From contig OY253673.1 of assembly GCA_958009085.1 (NCBI GenBank), forward strand, positions 496,001 to 560,000: a DNA stretch of 64,000 nt, given 5' to 3'. Source of the stretch: Protoeuglena noctilucae (Eukaryota). The notes beneath the pieces were generated by a model that was not told the DNA's origin, searched no databases, and worked only from the letters and a program-made list of their open reading frames with translations. Both the position numbers and the translations under genes were made by a program. Shown here piece by piece: positions 46,685 through 60,067 of this stretch. How positions within the stretch are numbered: position 1 is the stretch's first letter; each line of letters starts with the position of its first letter.

Positions 46685-49600
46685 TCACGGCATAGGAGGA
46701 GGAGGGGGTGGCGGCGGTGGGGCACCTGCCCCGCCACTGCTACGCACACGGCTCATCTGGCGCTGAGGTCGCCCAAAGCTTCCCGCCGGCGGGGGTGGAG
46801 GCGGGGGCGGTGCCCCACCCGGCGGCGGCGGCGGCGGCGGGGCGCCACCGCGGCCCATCGACGCAGCCGGTGGCGGTGGCAGCGGGGGCGGTGCGGCGGC
46901 ATTGCTGCGGCCCATCGACGCCATGGGCGGCGGCGGCGGTGGTGGCGGCCCCGGAGGCGGCGCAGGGGAGGTGAACACCGCCCCGTACGGCGCCTGGCGG
47001 TGCGGGTCTGCGTCGTCCCCTCCGTGCGCCTGGCCTGCGTGCTCCTCGTTGGAGGGCTGGACCCGGGAGCTGGCGCCGCCCGCGCGCGGCTCCGGCGACG
47101 GCCCGGTCCCCGTGGACCGCCCCGGCCTATGGGCGTCCTGTGCGGGCCCGGCCCCAAGGGCAAAGATCCCTGCCGGCGCGACGCCCTGCTGCGGGACGTG
47201 CCGCACGGGTGCCTCGAACCCCTGCCCTCGCTTCGTGAGCGTCTCTGACCGCGTCACTTGGGACGGCCCCGCCTGGGCGAAGGTGCGCTGGCGGAACGAC
47301 CCCGGCCGCTGGTTGAAGCTGGCGACCTGTAGGTCCTCGGCCTCCTCGGCATCTCGCCTTAGAGCAGACGGTACTTCTCCTGAAGCGCCGTGAGCTTCGA
47401 CCCCATCTCCTCCTGGGACAGCTTAGGCTGCAGGGGCCGCAGAGGGCGCACGCGTTGGCAGGTTTAAAGTATCTGAGCAAGTCCATGGGGTGCCGACCCC
47501 AACAACAACAGCCGCTTGCGCCTGATGCGTGGGCCCACTGCATCGGGTGAGGAACATGCTCATCATATGATCACGCCGTCTGCATAGTCACCTTGTCACT
47601 CTGGATGTCCTGCAGGGCGTTGCGCAGTCGGTCCGCGTTCTCCTCCTGCTGCGTGGCCCTGCCCGCCATGGCCTTGGTGATCTGGTTGATGAAGGACACG
47701 GACGGGCCCAGCATCGCCTCCTCGTCCGCGGCCACGATGAGGCCGTCCTTGTGCTTGCCCTTGGCCGCCGTGCGCAGGTCCACCACCTCCACCGGCTGCG
47801 GGTGGTCAGGCACACGAGGGATGAGGTTACAGCCATCTGCCCACGCAAACAGGACGCCCTGTTTTTGGAACTTTTGTTAATCAGCAAGATGACACGCGAT
47901 GCCTGGCCCTGCGTGGCCGTTTGCATCCACGACACCAACAGGGCGCCCAACTGTGTCACCTTCTCCTTGCGTCGCGTGACCCAGAAGCGCCAGGCTGCGG
48001 CGGCCACGACGACGGCCCCCAGCGACGAGAAGGTGGCTGCCAGGATCCGGCGGGCGTTGCTGTTCACCAGCTGCCGCGAGGTCGTCGCCGCGCCTTGCGT
48101 GGGCGAGGGCGTCGAGGGCGGCTGCGAGGCCGCCACCAGTTGCACGGCTGCGGCGGACGGGAGGGGATTCATAATTCACGGAGAGCGAGTCGGGACAGGC
48201 GCGCTGAGACTCGACCCATAGGTCACTCATGAGTGCGCAGGGCGTACGAGACTGTTAAGCGCCAGGCTGGTGGCATAGGCCGGTCGCCCGCTGCCTCACC
48301 GAAGCTGTAGGAGACCGTCGGGGAGGGAGTCGGCGACGAGGTTGGGGTGGGCGACGCGGTGGGCGTCGGCGGGGTGGTGGGGGCGGACGTGGGGGTGGCG
48401 GCCGCCGTCGCTTTGGGAGTCGACGTGGGCGTGGGCGTGGCTGCCGTGGTTGCGGCGGGGGTGGGCGTGGCGGTGGCCGCCGGGGTCGCCGCCTGCTGGA
48501 GGGCGCGGCGCCGGGCCGAGGTGGGCGTCCATACGAACCCGACTGAAAGGCTCAGGGGTCCGGCGTAGTCGGTAATGCAGTTGCCCTGACTGTCGACGTT
48601 GGAGCCTGGGAGCGACGAGAGGGGTGGCGACTGGGTCGGGCTGCGCATGTGAGTGTTCACGCAGGCGATGTGGCACGGGACCACGTGTGTGCGAACCCAG
48701 CACTGCTCAGGGCATGGGCCGGCAAGCGGCCGCAGGGGCAAGCGCCCCCCTCACCATATTTGGGATCGATGGGCCGGCACGGCAGAAACTGCTTCTTGAT
48801 GTCGGTGGAGATGGTGAAGGTGCAGCTGCCCCCCGCGCACGTGACGGGCATGCACATGGTGGCGTTCTTCGCGGACTGGATGCAGATCTGCCCTCCCGTG
48901 ATGTTGGTCGTCGCGAAGCACGAGTGGGCCGGGCAGGACGTGGCGTTGGTGAACGTCTGGTTGGTCGCCGCGCTGCTGGCCAGGTTAACGTACGCGGCGA
49001 GGGAGTTGGTGCTCACGCCGGCCAGCGCGATCGTGACGCTTACGTCCTGCGTACCCTGGACGTACCCCAGGTCGATCTCGTAGTAGACGTAGGCCGAGGG
49101 GCGCGTGGTGCCCTTGTCGCTGTACACTGACGCCGACCGCATCCCCGGCGCAAAATCGATGCGGCCGGGGGTGCTCGCCATGGACCGGCTCACGACCTGC
49201 CGGTTGACCACGCTGCCGCGGACGTCCTTCCCGAGCGTGCCGTTCGAGAAGAGGTAGCTGGGAGACGAGATGCCCAGCGTCAGCGGCACCGCCGAGCCCC
49301 CCTGCGACTGCGCGGCCGCCCCCGCCGCCGCCGCGCTCTGCACCACGATCTTGTTGTTGAGCGTCAGTTGCCCCGCGGCGTCGTACGTGTAGTTGTACGT
49401 GACCCACCGCCCGGCTGTGTCGAGGTGCAGGTTATCATTCACGTACACGTACTTGCTGGGGTCCTGTTTGTCGAGCACCTTGACCCGGTACTGGGTGTAC
49501 CAAATCTGGGGCAGGTTGGCCAGCTCCGTGGGCCGCAGCGTCAGCTGCACCTCCCCTGCGGCGTCCGTCACGGGCAGCGTGGAGGCGTAGCGTTTGTACG

Positions 49601-52231
49601 GCACAAACGTGTAGTTGCTGAGCGTCGAGATGGCCGGGAGCGTGACCTGGTTCTCCACCGCCACCTGGTACCCCGCGAGCGACGTGATGTTGTCCTCGGC
49701 CACCATTCGCAGCGTCGCCGTCACCTCAGCCACGTACGTGACCTTGGCCTGTGAGGGGCGAGCCAAGGAACGCGCGAGGGTTGCCGAGAGCCGCGGCGCG
49801 GGGTGGGTTTAGCTTTCTAAGCTGGCAAGCTTATAACGAAAGCCGAGGAGATCGCTGCGGAGCACCAGGGGCGCGGCATGGCATGCACGGCGCCCGTCAG
49901 AGATCCCCAGTGTAAGACAGGGCCCCCGCCACTCGCCTGGATCGTGACCTGGGGATCCACCCCGACGTTGTTGATGGCCGTGGCCCCCGCGGGGATGCCG
50001 TTCAGGAAGTCGGCGATGACGACCTGGCCCGAGGGCACAGCGTCGAAGATCATGTTGGCCGCCCCGGCGCGGCTGTCCTGGGCGTTGCCGGTGACGAGCA
50101 CGTACACGGTGTCGGGGGCCGTGGGGCTGCCCTTCTCGTCGTAGTTGGACACCTGCAGGCGGCCCTGCGTGACGCGGGTGCCGTACAGGTCGAGCATCCA
50201 CACGTCTGTGTTGGTGGCCGTGCACCGGGTCGGGGACCCCGCGGCGCCGTTGGCCGTGTTGGTGCACTTGCTGCCGCCGAAGAGCGTGGGGCCGATCAGC
50301 GGGATGAAGACCCCGGAGTAGGACACGAGCGGGCCGGGCGTGATGGTCCCGAGCACCGAGTGCGTGGTCCAGATCACGGCGGGGCGCGCCGGGATGGGGT
50401 TCGTCGCCGACTTGGCCGCGGAGCCAATCACGGCCTCCACCAGCGCCTCGATGGCCGTCGGCACGGCGTTGTAGTGGTCCGCGGTGGCCGTGGACCGCTG
50501 CAGGGTGTTGCCCCAGCCGTCCACTGCGGTCAGGCGGGGCGTGTTTGGTCACGCCCGCACCCACACAGTGGGGCGGGTCCAATACACACACGTGACATGT
50601 ACTGCGAGCACACGCGGCATGACTGCTGGCCGAGCCTCACCCACGAGGTATCTGCTGACGTCGGCGGTGTCTGTGTACATGAACATCTTGTGGAACGCTC
50701 GAAAAGGAGGGGCGACGGGGATCTCAAGCACCCACAGCACGTTGGCCTGGCTGGGCGCCTGGCTCAGGTTGGTCCGCCGCGTGCCGAACTGGGTCAGGTC
50801 GATGTAGAGCAGCCCGTTGTCCACCTGCGGGGGGGGCCCAGGGAACGCACCTCCCGCACTCGCACGCTGGAAGGCCCGAGCCTAAGGGTGCGTATGCAAC
50901 CCCGCGCCGCCCCGAGCCCCACGCTACGCCCGGCACGCACGCGATATTCCGACGTGTTGTCCACGGCCGTGTTCTTGCCCAGGTCCTTGGCGGAGATGAG
51001 GCGGTACCCTCCCTGCACGATGACCAGGTCCGTGTTGACCAGCAGAGCGTGGCCGTACATGGGCGTGATGGACTGCTGCGCCAGAACCGACCCGTCGGGG
51101 CCCAGCATGCGGCCGGCCGGACTGGCCCCGCCGTTCGTCGAGTTGGCCAGGCGGACGGCCGTCCAGCCGTTGGTCTTGGCCGTGCCGCGGTACTGAAGGG
51201 GGTCGAAGATCCACAGCGTATCCGTCATATCCGTCGTGGCGTCCCCCGACCGAGTGCCACCCTTGGAACCCCCGTACACGATCATCGTGTTGTCCCAAAG
51301 CCCCGCCGCATGGCCCGTGCGGGACCCGGGGTACGTCCCTTCGTCGCCAACCACCTGCGGGGCAGGGGACGTGGCGAGGGCATGCAAGGCGAAGCCCGCA
51401 CACGCAAGCGCAAGTCTGCCCGTGCGCAACAACACGGTCGCAACAAGTCAAGGTGGGGCCTCCCGGTCGACTGCGACTGAGCAGGGCTCACCAGGTTGCT
51501 CCACTGGCGTGACAGGAGGTTAAACTCCCAAAGCACGTCCTGGCAGGGAGTGCCCCGCGCCGGCTCGGGGTCCTGGGAGCACGAGCCCCCGTACATGTAC
51601 GCCGCGCTGTTCACGAGCACCATCGTCCCCCAGGAGCGCCCCGACGGATACGTCTGGGGATTCTGCGGCGGCGAGGGGAGGCGGAGAGTCCCGGGCCAGT
51701 CCGCGGGGCGGAGGACGTCGAACGATGCCACACATGAGCCCGCTGGGCGGCCCCTGGGGATGCGCAGGCCCCGCACCCGCGCAATCTCCGTCGCCCCATC
51801 GAAGATCTTCTCCCAGGTATCCGTGGAGAAGGTGTACAGCCAGGTATCTTTGAGTTGCAGGCCCGTCGAGTCCTCTCCCCCGAACTCCAGCCACTGCCGG
51901 GACTGCGGGAGGTACGTCCCCATCGACCCCACCCGCGGAGGAGGCACGACACCGGTTAGGGGCACCTGCGACTCCGAGCAGGGCGGCGGGATCACCAGGC
52001 GAAACGATACAGCCTCCGACATGCGCTGCCAAGGGGGGTCCGCGCAGGGTCGCAAGTCCTCGCCACAGGGTCGCGGGACGAGGGCAAGAGCAAGCACTGA
52101 CGACTCGCCTGAGCCTCTCGCGACCAGTAATTGAGCTCAGCCGCGGACGGGACGGTGCCGAGCAGGAACCCCAGCAAGGCGAGCGCGCCCAAGCGCGCAA
52201 CCGCGCCCGCCGCGCTCCGACAGCCCAACAT
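46685..52231 (-). CDS. Large type-I membrane protein: signal peptide, Kelch repeats, Thr/Pro linker, one TM and a cytoplasmic polyproline tail
   Basis: Signal peptide LGALALLGFLLGTVPSAA; Kelch-type repeats (PPPRVG...FGGE...DTWLY, PSGRSWG...YGG...LWEF, PGSRTGH...YGG...LWIFD); TM ILAATFSSLGAVVVAAAAW followed by RRKEK; poly-Pro C-terminus. Confidence 0.75.
48318..48495 (-). repeat. Thr/Pro/Ala-rich (TP)n coding linker
   Basis: ATPAATATPTPAATTAATPTPTSTPK...PTPTASPTPTSSPTPSPT. Confidence 0.75.
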
Positions 52232-52519
52232 ATCGCGTCCTTATTGCTGGCGTGCGACGACGGCCGCGGTTGCCATCTCTCGGCGCAACGCCCGGTTCTA
52301 CACCCGCCAAGCGCGGTCAGCAAGAGCTAAGACAGCGACGGTCTTTGCTATCAAAAAGAGGATGGCCAGCGCACCGAGCGCCGGTGGGATTTTCCCACCG
52401 GACGCTCAGGACGCGGGACGTTTCGCTGGCACCTCGCTGGCCCTCGTCGATTCGCGGCATTTGAATCGCCATTTCAATCCTCTGCGAAAGTCAGGTACAG
52501 CCATGCAGCACGGTGAGCA

Positions 52520-53836
52520 TCACACCAGCTCGATGACGGCCATCTCGGCCGCGTCCCCGCGCCTGCGCCGCGGCTCCCGCACCACCCTGCAGTAACCCCC
52601 GGGCCTCTCGGAGTACCTCTCGGGGGCCTCCTTGAAGATGGACTCCACCAGCTCCTTGTCGTAGATGAACCCCTCCATCTGCGAGCGGAGCGTAGCGGTC
52701 CGCGCGTCAGCCCCGCCACCGGCACGCAGGGCACGCCGCGGCCGCTCCACAGGGCTCGGAGAGATTCCCATTAGAAGGTCCTCACTGATCAATCGGATGT
52801 CCCTATCTTCTCTCGAAGAGTGGCTCGTCACTGCCCCGTGCAACCCCCGCCAGGCGCGCGCGCCGGCGACACGCACCTGCCTCCTGGCGTGCATCGTCCC
52901 CCGCTTGGACAGCGTGATCATCTTGTCCACGTACTTGCGAATCGCCTTGGCCCGAACCACCGTCGTCGTGATCTTCCCATGCCGCAGGACCTGCGAGGGG
53001 CACAGTGCACTTACGCCTGTGCTTCTGCCGAGCAGACACACCGTGCACACGGCGGCCAGGCTGCCGGTGCAAGTAGCCCCGGCCACCTCGCATCGCAGGG
53101 CGCCGAAGTACTAACTAAGGGCAGCAGTGCGCTGCTGCAGTCATCCATGCAGCCCACACCTCCGTGACCAGGCCCCGGATGAGCGCCTTGCGCTGGTCCG
53201 CGGGGCGCCCGAGCTTGGCGATCTTCTTCTGATGCCGCATGGCGAAGACCGTCGCGCCGTTCTGGGGACCCAGGACCACGTTGTTCGCCGCCCCTGCGGA
53301 GGCGGACCGTGGCTCGTGGGGGGGCTCCCAGGCGCGCGCCGCGCGGCTACGCCGAGATACGGACCCAAGGTCGCTAGCGGAGGCCAGCAGACGTTTGGAA
53401 TCGCGCGGGCAGCTTCGGGCGCATGGATAAACGGCTGAAGGACGCGACGCCCCTGCGCCGGCCGGACCCGGGGCCAGCCTCGGGAGGAGCGACGCGGCGG
53501 TCGACACGGAAACAATTCGGGTGATGGCCGAGGACGCGGGGAAGGACGCGGAGGAGCGCGCGGCGCGTCTCGACCAGGAAAGGGCTTGCGCGACCCGGCT
53601 GACGCGAGGAGGGCCTACAAACCGCACGTCGGTGCACCCCCACAAACAATCGATGCTTCTCGTGCGTCGGGCAAGCGCAACGGGCTCCGCACGGTCCCCT
53701 GCGCTGCCGCGAGGTCCCCACCTGCGATGCGGACGGGCAGGCGCGCCAGCGACAGCCCGTTGTACGAGGAGATCAACACCCGGGGGGCTGGCGCGCAGGG
53801 GAGAGCGCCCCTGAGCGCCGACATCGAGAACGCCAT
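52520..53836 (-). CDS. RPL17: Plastid 50S ribosomal protein L17
   Basis: Transit peptide, then [37 protein letters not shown]...ERPGGYCRV...RRGDAAEMAVIELV*. Confidence 0.97.
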
Positions 53837-54297
53837 GGCCTTTCGCCCCTCCCCCCACTCGGCTACAGCAGTCGAACAAGCGAACGTGTGCAATCGCGTG
53901 TGCCGGCAGAGCGACGGGGGAGGCCTCACAGGGCACCAAAGCGGGCGCACGGGCGGTGACACTCAATTCCTACAGCGAGGCCGACCAGAGGAACCCGGTC
54001 CAAGCAGCCCCAGAACAGTCCATCACGCTACCGGACTCGCGGCGACCGGCCTGCACGGGCCATCGTCTGCGCCGGGCTTCCCTTCTGGTTTCGCAGGCGT
54101 GCCCAGGGAGGACAGGGCACAGCAGCGCCACCGGGTCACCTGGTTGGGGATAGGTGCCTCTGCGTGTCGTCTGTTGCTGTACGCGCTGGCCCTCGTGCGG
54201 CCCCGAGACAGGCGGGGGCCGGGCTGGGGCGTCGGCGCACACAAACTGGCCTGAGCGACGAGCTTAAGCGTGAGCCGGGCCCAGGCTGGACGGCACC

Positions 54298-56676
54298 ATG
54301 ATCTTTACCGAGCTACACAGGTGCGGACGCGTTCCAGGGGCGTCGACAGTGGCCACACTCAGAGAAATTTTGATTTCTCTCCCTGCTCCCTGCTTGTCGC
54401 GTCGCAGCCCACCCTTTATCGCTTTGTATGGTTGATGTTTGATGCACAGTGCGGCCTTCGCGCAATCTCGAGGGGAGCCGAGGAATGGGGTCCCAACCTC
54501 GTTCGCAGGCAATTTCTGCCCCTGGAGAGCCTGGAGGAGACTCCTTCCAGGAAGGATGGCGTGTCGGCCGAGACGGAGCGCCAGCAGAGGCTGTGGGCGT
54601 GCTGTTTCATCCAGGAGGGTGGGGTGCGACTCGGGCTGCCCCAGCAGGCGATCTGCACGGCCCAGGTCCTGCTGGGGCGCTTCTATCTCAAGCAGTCGCT
54701 AGCCAAGTGAGCACCGGTGCTCGGTAACCCGGCCCCGTCCCCTCCCTGAGCTGTGCGGGCCGGTCGAGGACTCCACCATGCTGGGAGCGTGCTCCACGCG
54801 CGCTGGCTTCCCGCGCCGTCAAACCCGGAGCTTCTCTCGCCTCAAGCAGGTTCGATGTGCGCTGGGCGGCGATGGCGTGCACGTTCCTGGCCACGAAGCT
54901 CGAGGAGACGCTCATCTCCGACCCTTCCAAGGGCGTCAAGCGTCAAGTGTACACGCGGGACATCATCCGCGTGTTTCGACGACTCGTCGAGGTGCGCATG
55001 CGCCAGGTCGGGCGATCTCTCAAAGCCTGGCCGGCTCTTTCATCCAGCTGTCCTCGACCTGTCCTCGATTTGTGCCTGTGCAGGTGCAGCAGGGCAGGGA
55101 GACGACCATCCTGGACGTGATGAGCGCGCGCTACGACCGGGAGAAGGAGCAGCTGGTGCGCATGGAGCGCTTCGTGCTCCGCTACCTGGGATTCATGTGC
55201 CACGTGGAGCACCCTCACAAGTACGCCCTCCTCTACCTGCGGGAGCTGGGCGCACCGGAGCTGGCCCGCGCCGCGTGGGCCGCCTGCAACGACGCGGCCC
55301 TCACCGACCTCCCGGCCGCCGTCTCGGCCGAGGTCATCGCGTGCGGCGCCGTCTTCCTGGCGGCACGCGAGGCGCGCGTCGCCCTCCCGGAGTCCCCACC
55401 GTGGTGGGAGGCCTTCGGGACCACGTCCGCGGACGTGGCGCTCGCGTGCCGGTTCATCCTGGGCGTCCGCGAGGCCCTGGGCCAGCCGAGGGCGTACGAG
55501 CCCCTCACGGCCGAGGCCCGCGAGGAGCTCGAGAGGGAGAAGGCGGAGAGGGAGCAGGCGAAGAAGGAGCGGGAGGAGCGGGAGCGCGGGGAGGGGGCCG
55601 CGGGAGCGGAGGAGCGGGCGACGAGCGGGGGGGTGGCGGGGCCCCCGGAGGGGCGGACAACGGGGGGACGGGTGGCCGGGTCTCGGTGGTCCCAGGGCGT
55701 CAAGGCATCGGAGGGGCCGGTCGCGGCGGCAGAAAGCGAGTCTCGCGGGGCGGTGGCCGGCGGCGAGGGGAGCGTGAGGGAGCGAAGCGGGGAGCGGGAG
55801 GCGGATGGCCACGGTGGGCGCAGGGGTGGGCAGGAGAGCGCGCGGGAGGCGGGGCGGCCGCGGGAAGGCGGTGGGGGAAGGGATCGGGGCAGAGACGGGG
55901 ATGAGCGCGACAGGGTGAGGGATTGGTCCCGGGACAGAGACAGGGGCCGAGATAGGGACAGAGACAGGGATAGGGAAAGGGAGAGGGATCGGGACCGGTA
56001 TCGGGACCGGGACAGACATCGAGGGAGGGACAGGGATCGTGAGCGAGACAGAGACGGTCGCGCTAGCCGGCACCGGGACCGTGACAGGGACCGTCGGGAG
56101 GACCGGGGCGACAGGGGCCGAGACCGGGACCGGAGGAGCCGGTATGGGGACGACGGCAGCGACGGGGAGCGTGGGCGGCGCCGCGACGGCCGGGACCGGA
56201 GCGCGAGTGGGGACGGGCGCCGGCGGTCGCGTGAGCGGGAGCGTGGACGGAGCCCCGGGGCGCAGGCCAAGGGCGGGCGGGAGGACGGCCGTGGGCGGCG
56301 GAGTCGGACGCCTCTGGAGGGGTCCTTGCCGCCCCCGCCTCCCCCGCCGCCTCCGCCGGGGGCACACGGGGCTGGCGGCGCGAACGGGTGGGGGGAGAGC
56401 GGGCGGGCCTCTTCGCGGAGTCGCAGCCCGAGCGGCAGCCGCGGCGAGTGGCGCGGCACGGACGGGGCTGGTTCGGGCCAGGAGCGCAAGCGCGGCCGAG
56501 GGCACGAGGGCATTGCTGACGGCGGAGAGGGCAGCGAGGGCGACGAGGGCCCATCCAAGCGCGCAAGGGGTGACGAGGAGGCCGACGGGACTCCTGGGCG
56601 AGGCACGACGGAGGAAGAGCGTGCAGCGCGGAGGGAGCTCATCAAGCAGAAGATGCGGGAGCTGCGGACGGGATGA
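54298..56676 (+). CDS. CYCL1: Cyclin L with an RD/RS-rich C-terminus
   Basis: TPSRKDG...CFIQEGGVRLGLPQ...TAQVLLGRFY, FLATKLEE, ERFVLRYLGFMCHVEHPHK, AWAACND, IACGAVFLAAR, then (RD)n repeats. Confidence 0.95.
55900..56135 (+). repeat. (RD/RE)n coding repeat in the cyclin L tail
   Basis: RDRDRGRDRDRDRDRERERDRDRYRDRDR. Confidence 0.8.
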
Positions 56677-56819
56677 GGTCGGCGGTGTCGCAACCGCGGG
56701 GCGTGCCTTGACTTGGCGCACGCTCGGCGTCGCAGGCATGCCGTGATCGTGCGCTGCCGTAGCTGTCGGTGCGGTGTCACGATTCAATCGAGGCGGTGAA
56801 CCACAGCACATGGCTTTGT

Positions 56820-56824
56820 TGTAA
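56820..56824 (+). promoter_or_regulatory. Candidate TGTAA polyadenylation signal for cyclin L
   Basis: TGTAA lies about 145 nt after the stop at 56676. Confidence 0.45.
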
Positions 56825-56867
56825 TTGCATGCGTGGTCCGGCTACGAACGCCCCACTAGGTGATTGT

Positions 56868-59330
56868 CTAGAAGTTATCCGACTCGGCCCGATACGGCAT
56901 AAGCTCCCAGCACCCCGCGGGCGGCTTCTGGTACGCCCTCTCCCGGACGTACCCCTCAATGCGCGCCACCACCGCCTCCGACCCCGCGGCCTTGCGCAGG
57001 TCGGTCAGGAAGGGCCCGGCGACGACCCGCAGGAGCTTGAAGAACTGCCGGCGGAAGGCCTGGAAGAGGCCGTGCCCGCTGGTCTGGAGCAGCGACTCGA
57101 GCGCGGCTGCCGTGGGCCGGTTTGCGGGGAGGGCGTTGAGGAGACGGGCGAGGTACTCCCACGCGAGGGTCAGGCCGGGCGGGAAGGCCCGGGAGCTCGC
57201 CATGGCGCCGAGGAAGAGGACGCAGCCCCTCGCACGGGTCACGTACGCATCGGTCGTCTCGGGGGCGCCACCGTCGTTGCCGCCCTTGAAGCCGGCCTTG
57301 GCGTTGGCAGAGGCGCGGGCCGCCGCGCGCTCCTCCTCCGTCGCTCCTTCCCTCGCGAGCGCCACGTACCACGCCGGCACGGCCAGGGAGCAGCTCCGCT
57401 GCAGCGTCCCGAACAGGACGTTCGTGAACTGCAGGCCAGGAGACGCCGAGGCTGTCGAGCCACCCCTCGCGGACGCACTCCGCTGGGGTCTGACCCCGGC
57501 AACGGCGCCGCGTAGCTCACTCACTTCGGGGAAGCGGCTGCAGACGCGGACGGCCACCTCGGCCAGCGGGAAGGCGAGCGCGGTGTTGCTGGCGACGTCC
57601 TCCTCGCACTGCCTCAGGACGCGCCTCGCGACCTCGACCATGGCGAACGAGCGCGCCGCGCCCTGCCTGGAGGCCAGGAGGGCGGTGAGCTGGCCTGCCT
57701 TGGTCTGAATGGCCGCCTGCGTCGCAGCGATCTGGATCATCAACTTGTTGATCTCCTTGTTCAGCTCTCGCCGCTCCTTCTTGATCGTTGGCTCCGCTGA
57801 TGACTCGAACGGCTGCGCGCGGGAGGATCCGAGATTGGAGGTCGGCAGCTCACGACACGCGCAACGCAGTGACCAACGCCACGCTCCGCCACCCGCCCCA
57901 CCTGTGCCGCCTCTTCTGCCGCCTTGAGGCACTCCGCGCACTCCCCCATCCACCTCTCCGCCCCCTCCGTGGCTCTCAAGGACGGGTCCTGCCTCGCCTT
58001 TGGCTTCGCAGCCGGCTTCTGTTTGCCCTCCCCGTCCGCAGGGGCCGAGGCTCCTGGGACCTGCAAGGTACGACCGGGTAGAAGCAAAAAGTCCGTGGAC
58101 TTCTTCCCCACGCCCCGACTCTGGCGCACCTCCCTCATCAGGGTGTGCCTGTGCCTCCCCTGGCCCTCACCGGAGTCGTCGCGCTGGTCGCGGCTGCCGC
58201 CTCCCTGCGCTGCTCCTCGGCCCTCTCGCGGTCCTGGCGCTCCTTCTCCTGCGACACAACCGGACGGATAAAAGAATTTCACCATATAACAACAACTCAT
58301 AACTGACAGGCAGGGTGGCCCGCGGACCCAGACCCCACCTGCTGCGCTGCCCTCCTGTCCTCTTCCAACCGCCGCGCCTCCGCAGCCTCGCGAGCTCTCC
58401 TCTCTTCCGCCTCCCTCCTTAGCCTCGCCTCCTCCTGCAGCCGCTCTTCCCTCGCCTGAACCCCCAGCGCCTCGAGGACCGCGCACGCCTGCACAGCACG
58501 GGCGGCCACGCCGTTGAAATGCAAGGATGTCCTTTGTTGCGGGTTGCTTGTGGGGCCATACACCAGCGCCTGGCCTTGGCTCTAGCATATGCCGGAGATC
58601 GCCCCTGCAGCCCCGCGCCCACCTCCTGCTCGTGCCGCGCACGCAGCGCCTCTCCTTGGACCAACGCCCGCTCCCTGGCCTCCCGCGCCCGTGCCCCCTC
58701 GCTCTCCACCAAGCTGCCCAGCGCTTGGTCCCGGTCTGCCGCCACCCGTGCCAGGGCCGCCGCGCTGTCCCCGTCCAGGTCCGCCAGCCGCGCGGCGAGG
58801 TCCGCGATGGCGACCGCCGCGCGGTTTGACGGTGCGGCGGCCCACCGGAGCGGCCGGCGCGGCCCCGGTAGTAGTGCCGGGGGCGATGGCGGGTCGTCCG
58901 CGGCCATCGCCAGCGCCCCCGCCACCGGCGGCATGCGCCTCAGCGGCCCCTGGTCCGGCGCGTCCCACGCAAGGTCGAGACTCTCCGACCTCCGGAACCC
59001 TTCTGGGACGTCCTCGTCGAGGTCAGCTGCTATGGACCACTCAACACTCCGGGTGGCCGTCGACGTCGACGTCGGCGGGGCGTCCGCGGTCGCGGCAGGT
59101 GGCGGGGTCGGCGGGGACGCCTGCGAGTAGGGACGGGAGCCTCTCAGTGACGGACCGGCCCAACGACGGAACGCCGCGGGCAAAGGCCTGGGGATGCCTG
59201 CCAGCCCGGCAGCGGGAGGGCCTCACGTCCGCGCACGCTGGGGACCTCGACGACGACCAGAGAGGCCGGACGCGCTGCGGGGGCGGGCGCAGAGGTGAGT
59301 TATGCGGCGGCCACGATGGGGCGCGGCCAT
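56868..59330 (-). CDS. GLE1: mRNA export factor GLE1
   Basis: Coiled-coil middle, then AFPLAEVAV...CSLAVP...ETTDAYVTR...AWEYLARLLN...ALESLLQTSG...FRRQFFKLL, typical of the GLE1 C-terminal domain. Start uncertain. Confidence 0.85.
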
Positions 59331-60067
59331 CGGAGCGCTCGCGAGACGCACCGTCAGCGTGAAGCGTTGACGACGGACGAGCAGGGCCAGGTCGGACGCG
59401 CGTCGGTCCTCGCGGCTGCCCAGCGACCACCAGAGGACCGCGAGAAGCCAGACGACTGCGAGTGGGCCGGAGAACGGGGCTCGGTCTCGCGGGAAGTTAG
59501 ATGGGAGTTCCAAAGTGTCGACCACCCCATAGAACCGCACCCGCCGCGAGGCGCTGCACCGCCGGAACGGCCAGTGCGGGACTGAGAATAAGGAAGACGC
59601 CGAGGGAGAAGACGATGCGACCAGTCGTGCCCGGGGAGAGCCAAACGCGCTCCATTGTCGTCCCTGGCCCATGTGGCGCCGCGCCCAGCCACGGGAGTGG
59701 CACAGCGCGGCGCGTCGAGGTCCTGAGACCGACACGCTCGGGCAGACGCGCTCGGATAGCGCCTCTTGGTGGCAGAACCGCGGTTTGTCCTCAGCACACC
59801 GCGTGCCGTGCCAGCCGCGCGAGTCCAGGCGCCGATGAGCGGTCCCGGAGGTTTGCCGGGCCACTTCCAGCAATCCAGCGACCCGTGGCAGCGCAGGGAC
59901 GGCCGGGCGCGGACCGTGGCGCATAACGGGCCGGAGACTGGCACGAGGTCTCGACCCCGTTTTCACCCCCCGCGCGCCCCGCGGTCCCATCGCACGGCCG
60001 CTTCGCTCCCGCGATCTTGTTGAGGCGAGCGCTGTCGCGCAAGGGGGCGGCGAACCGGCGGGGGCCA

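Noticed and set aside
54943..56811. 622-aa and 515-aa minus-strand ORFs with PV/SR repeats
   Set aside because: They are antisense shadows of cyclin L in very GC-rich sequence.
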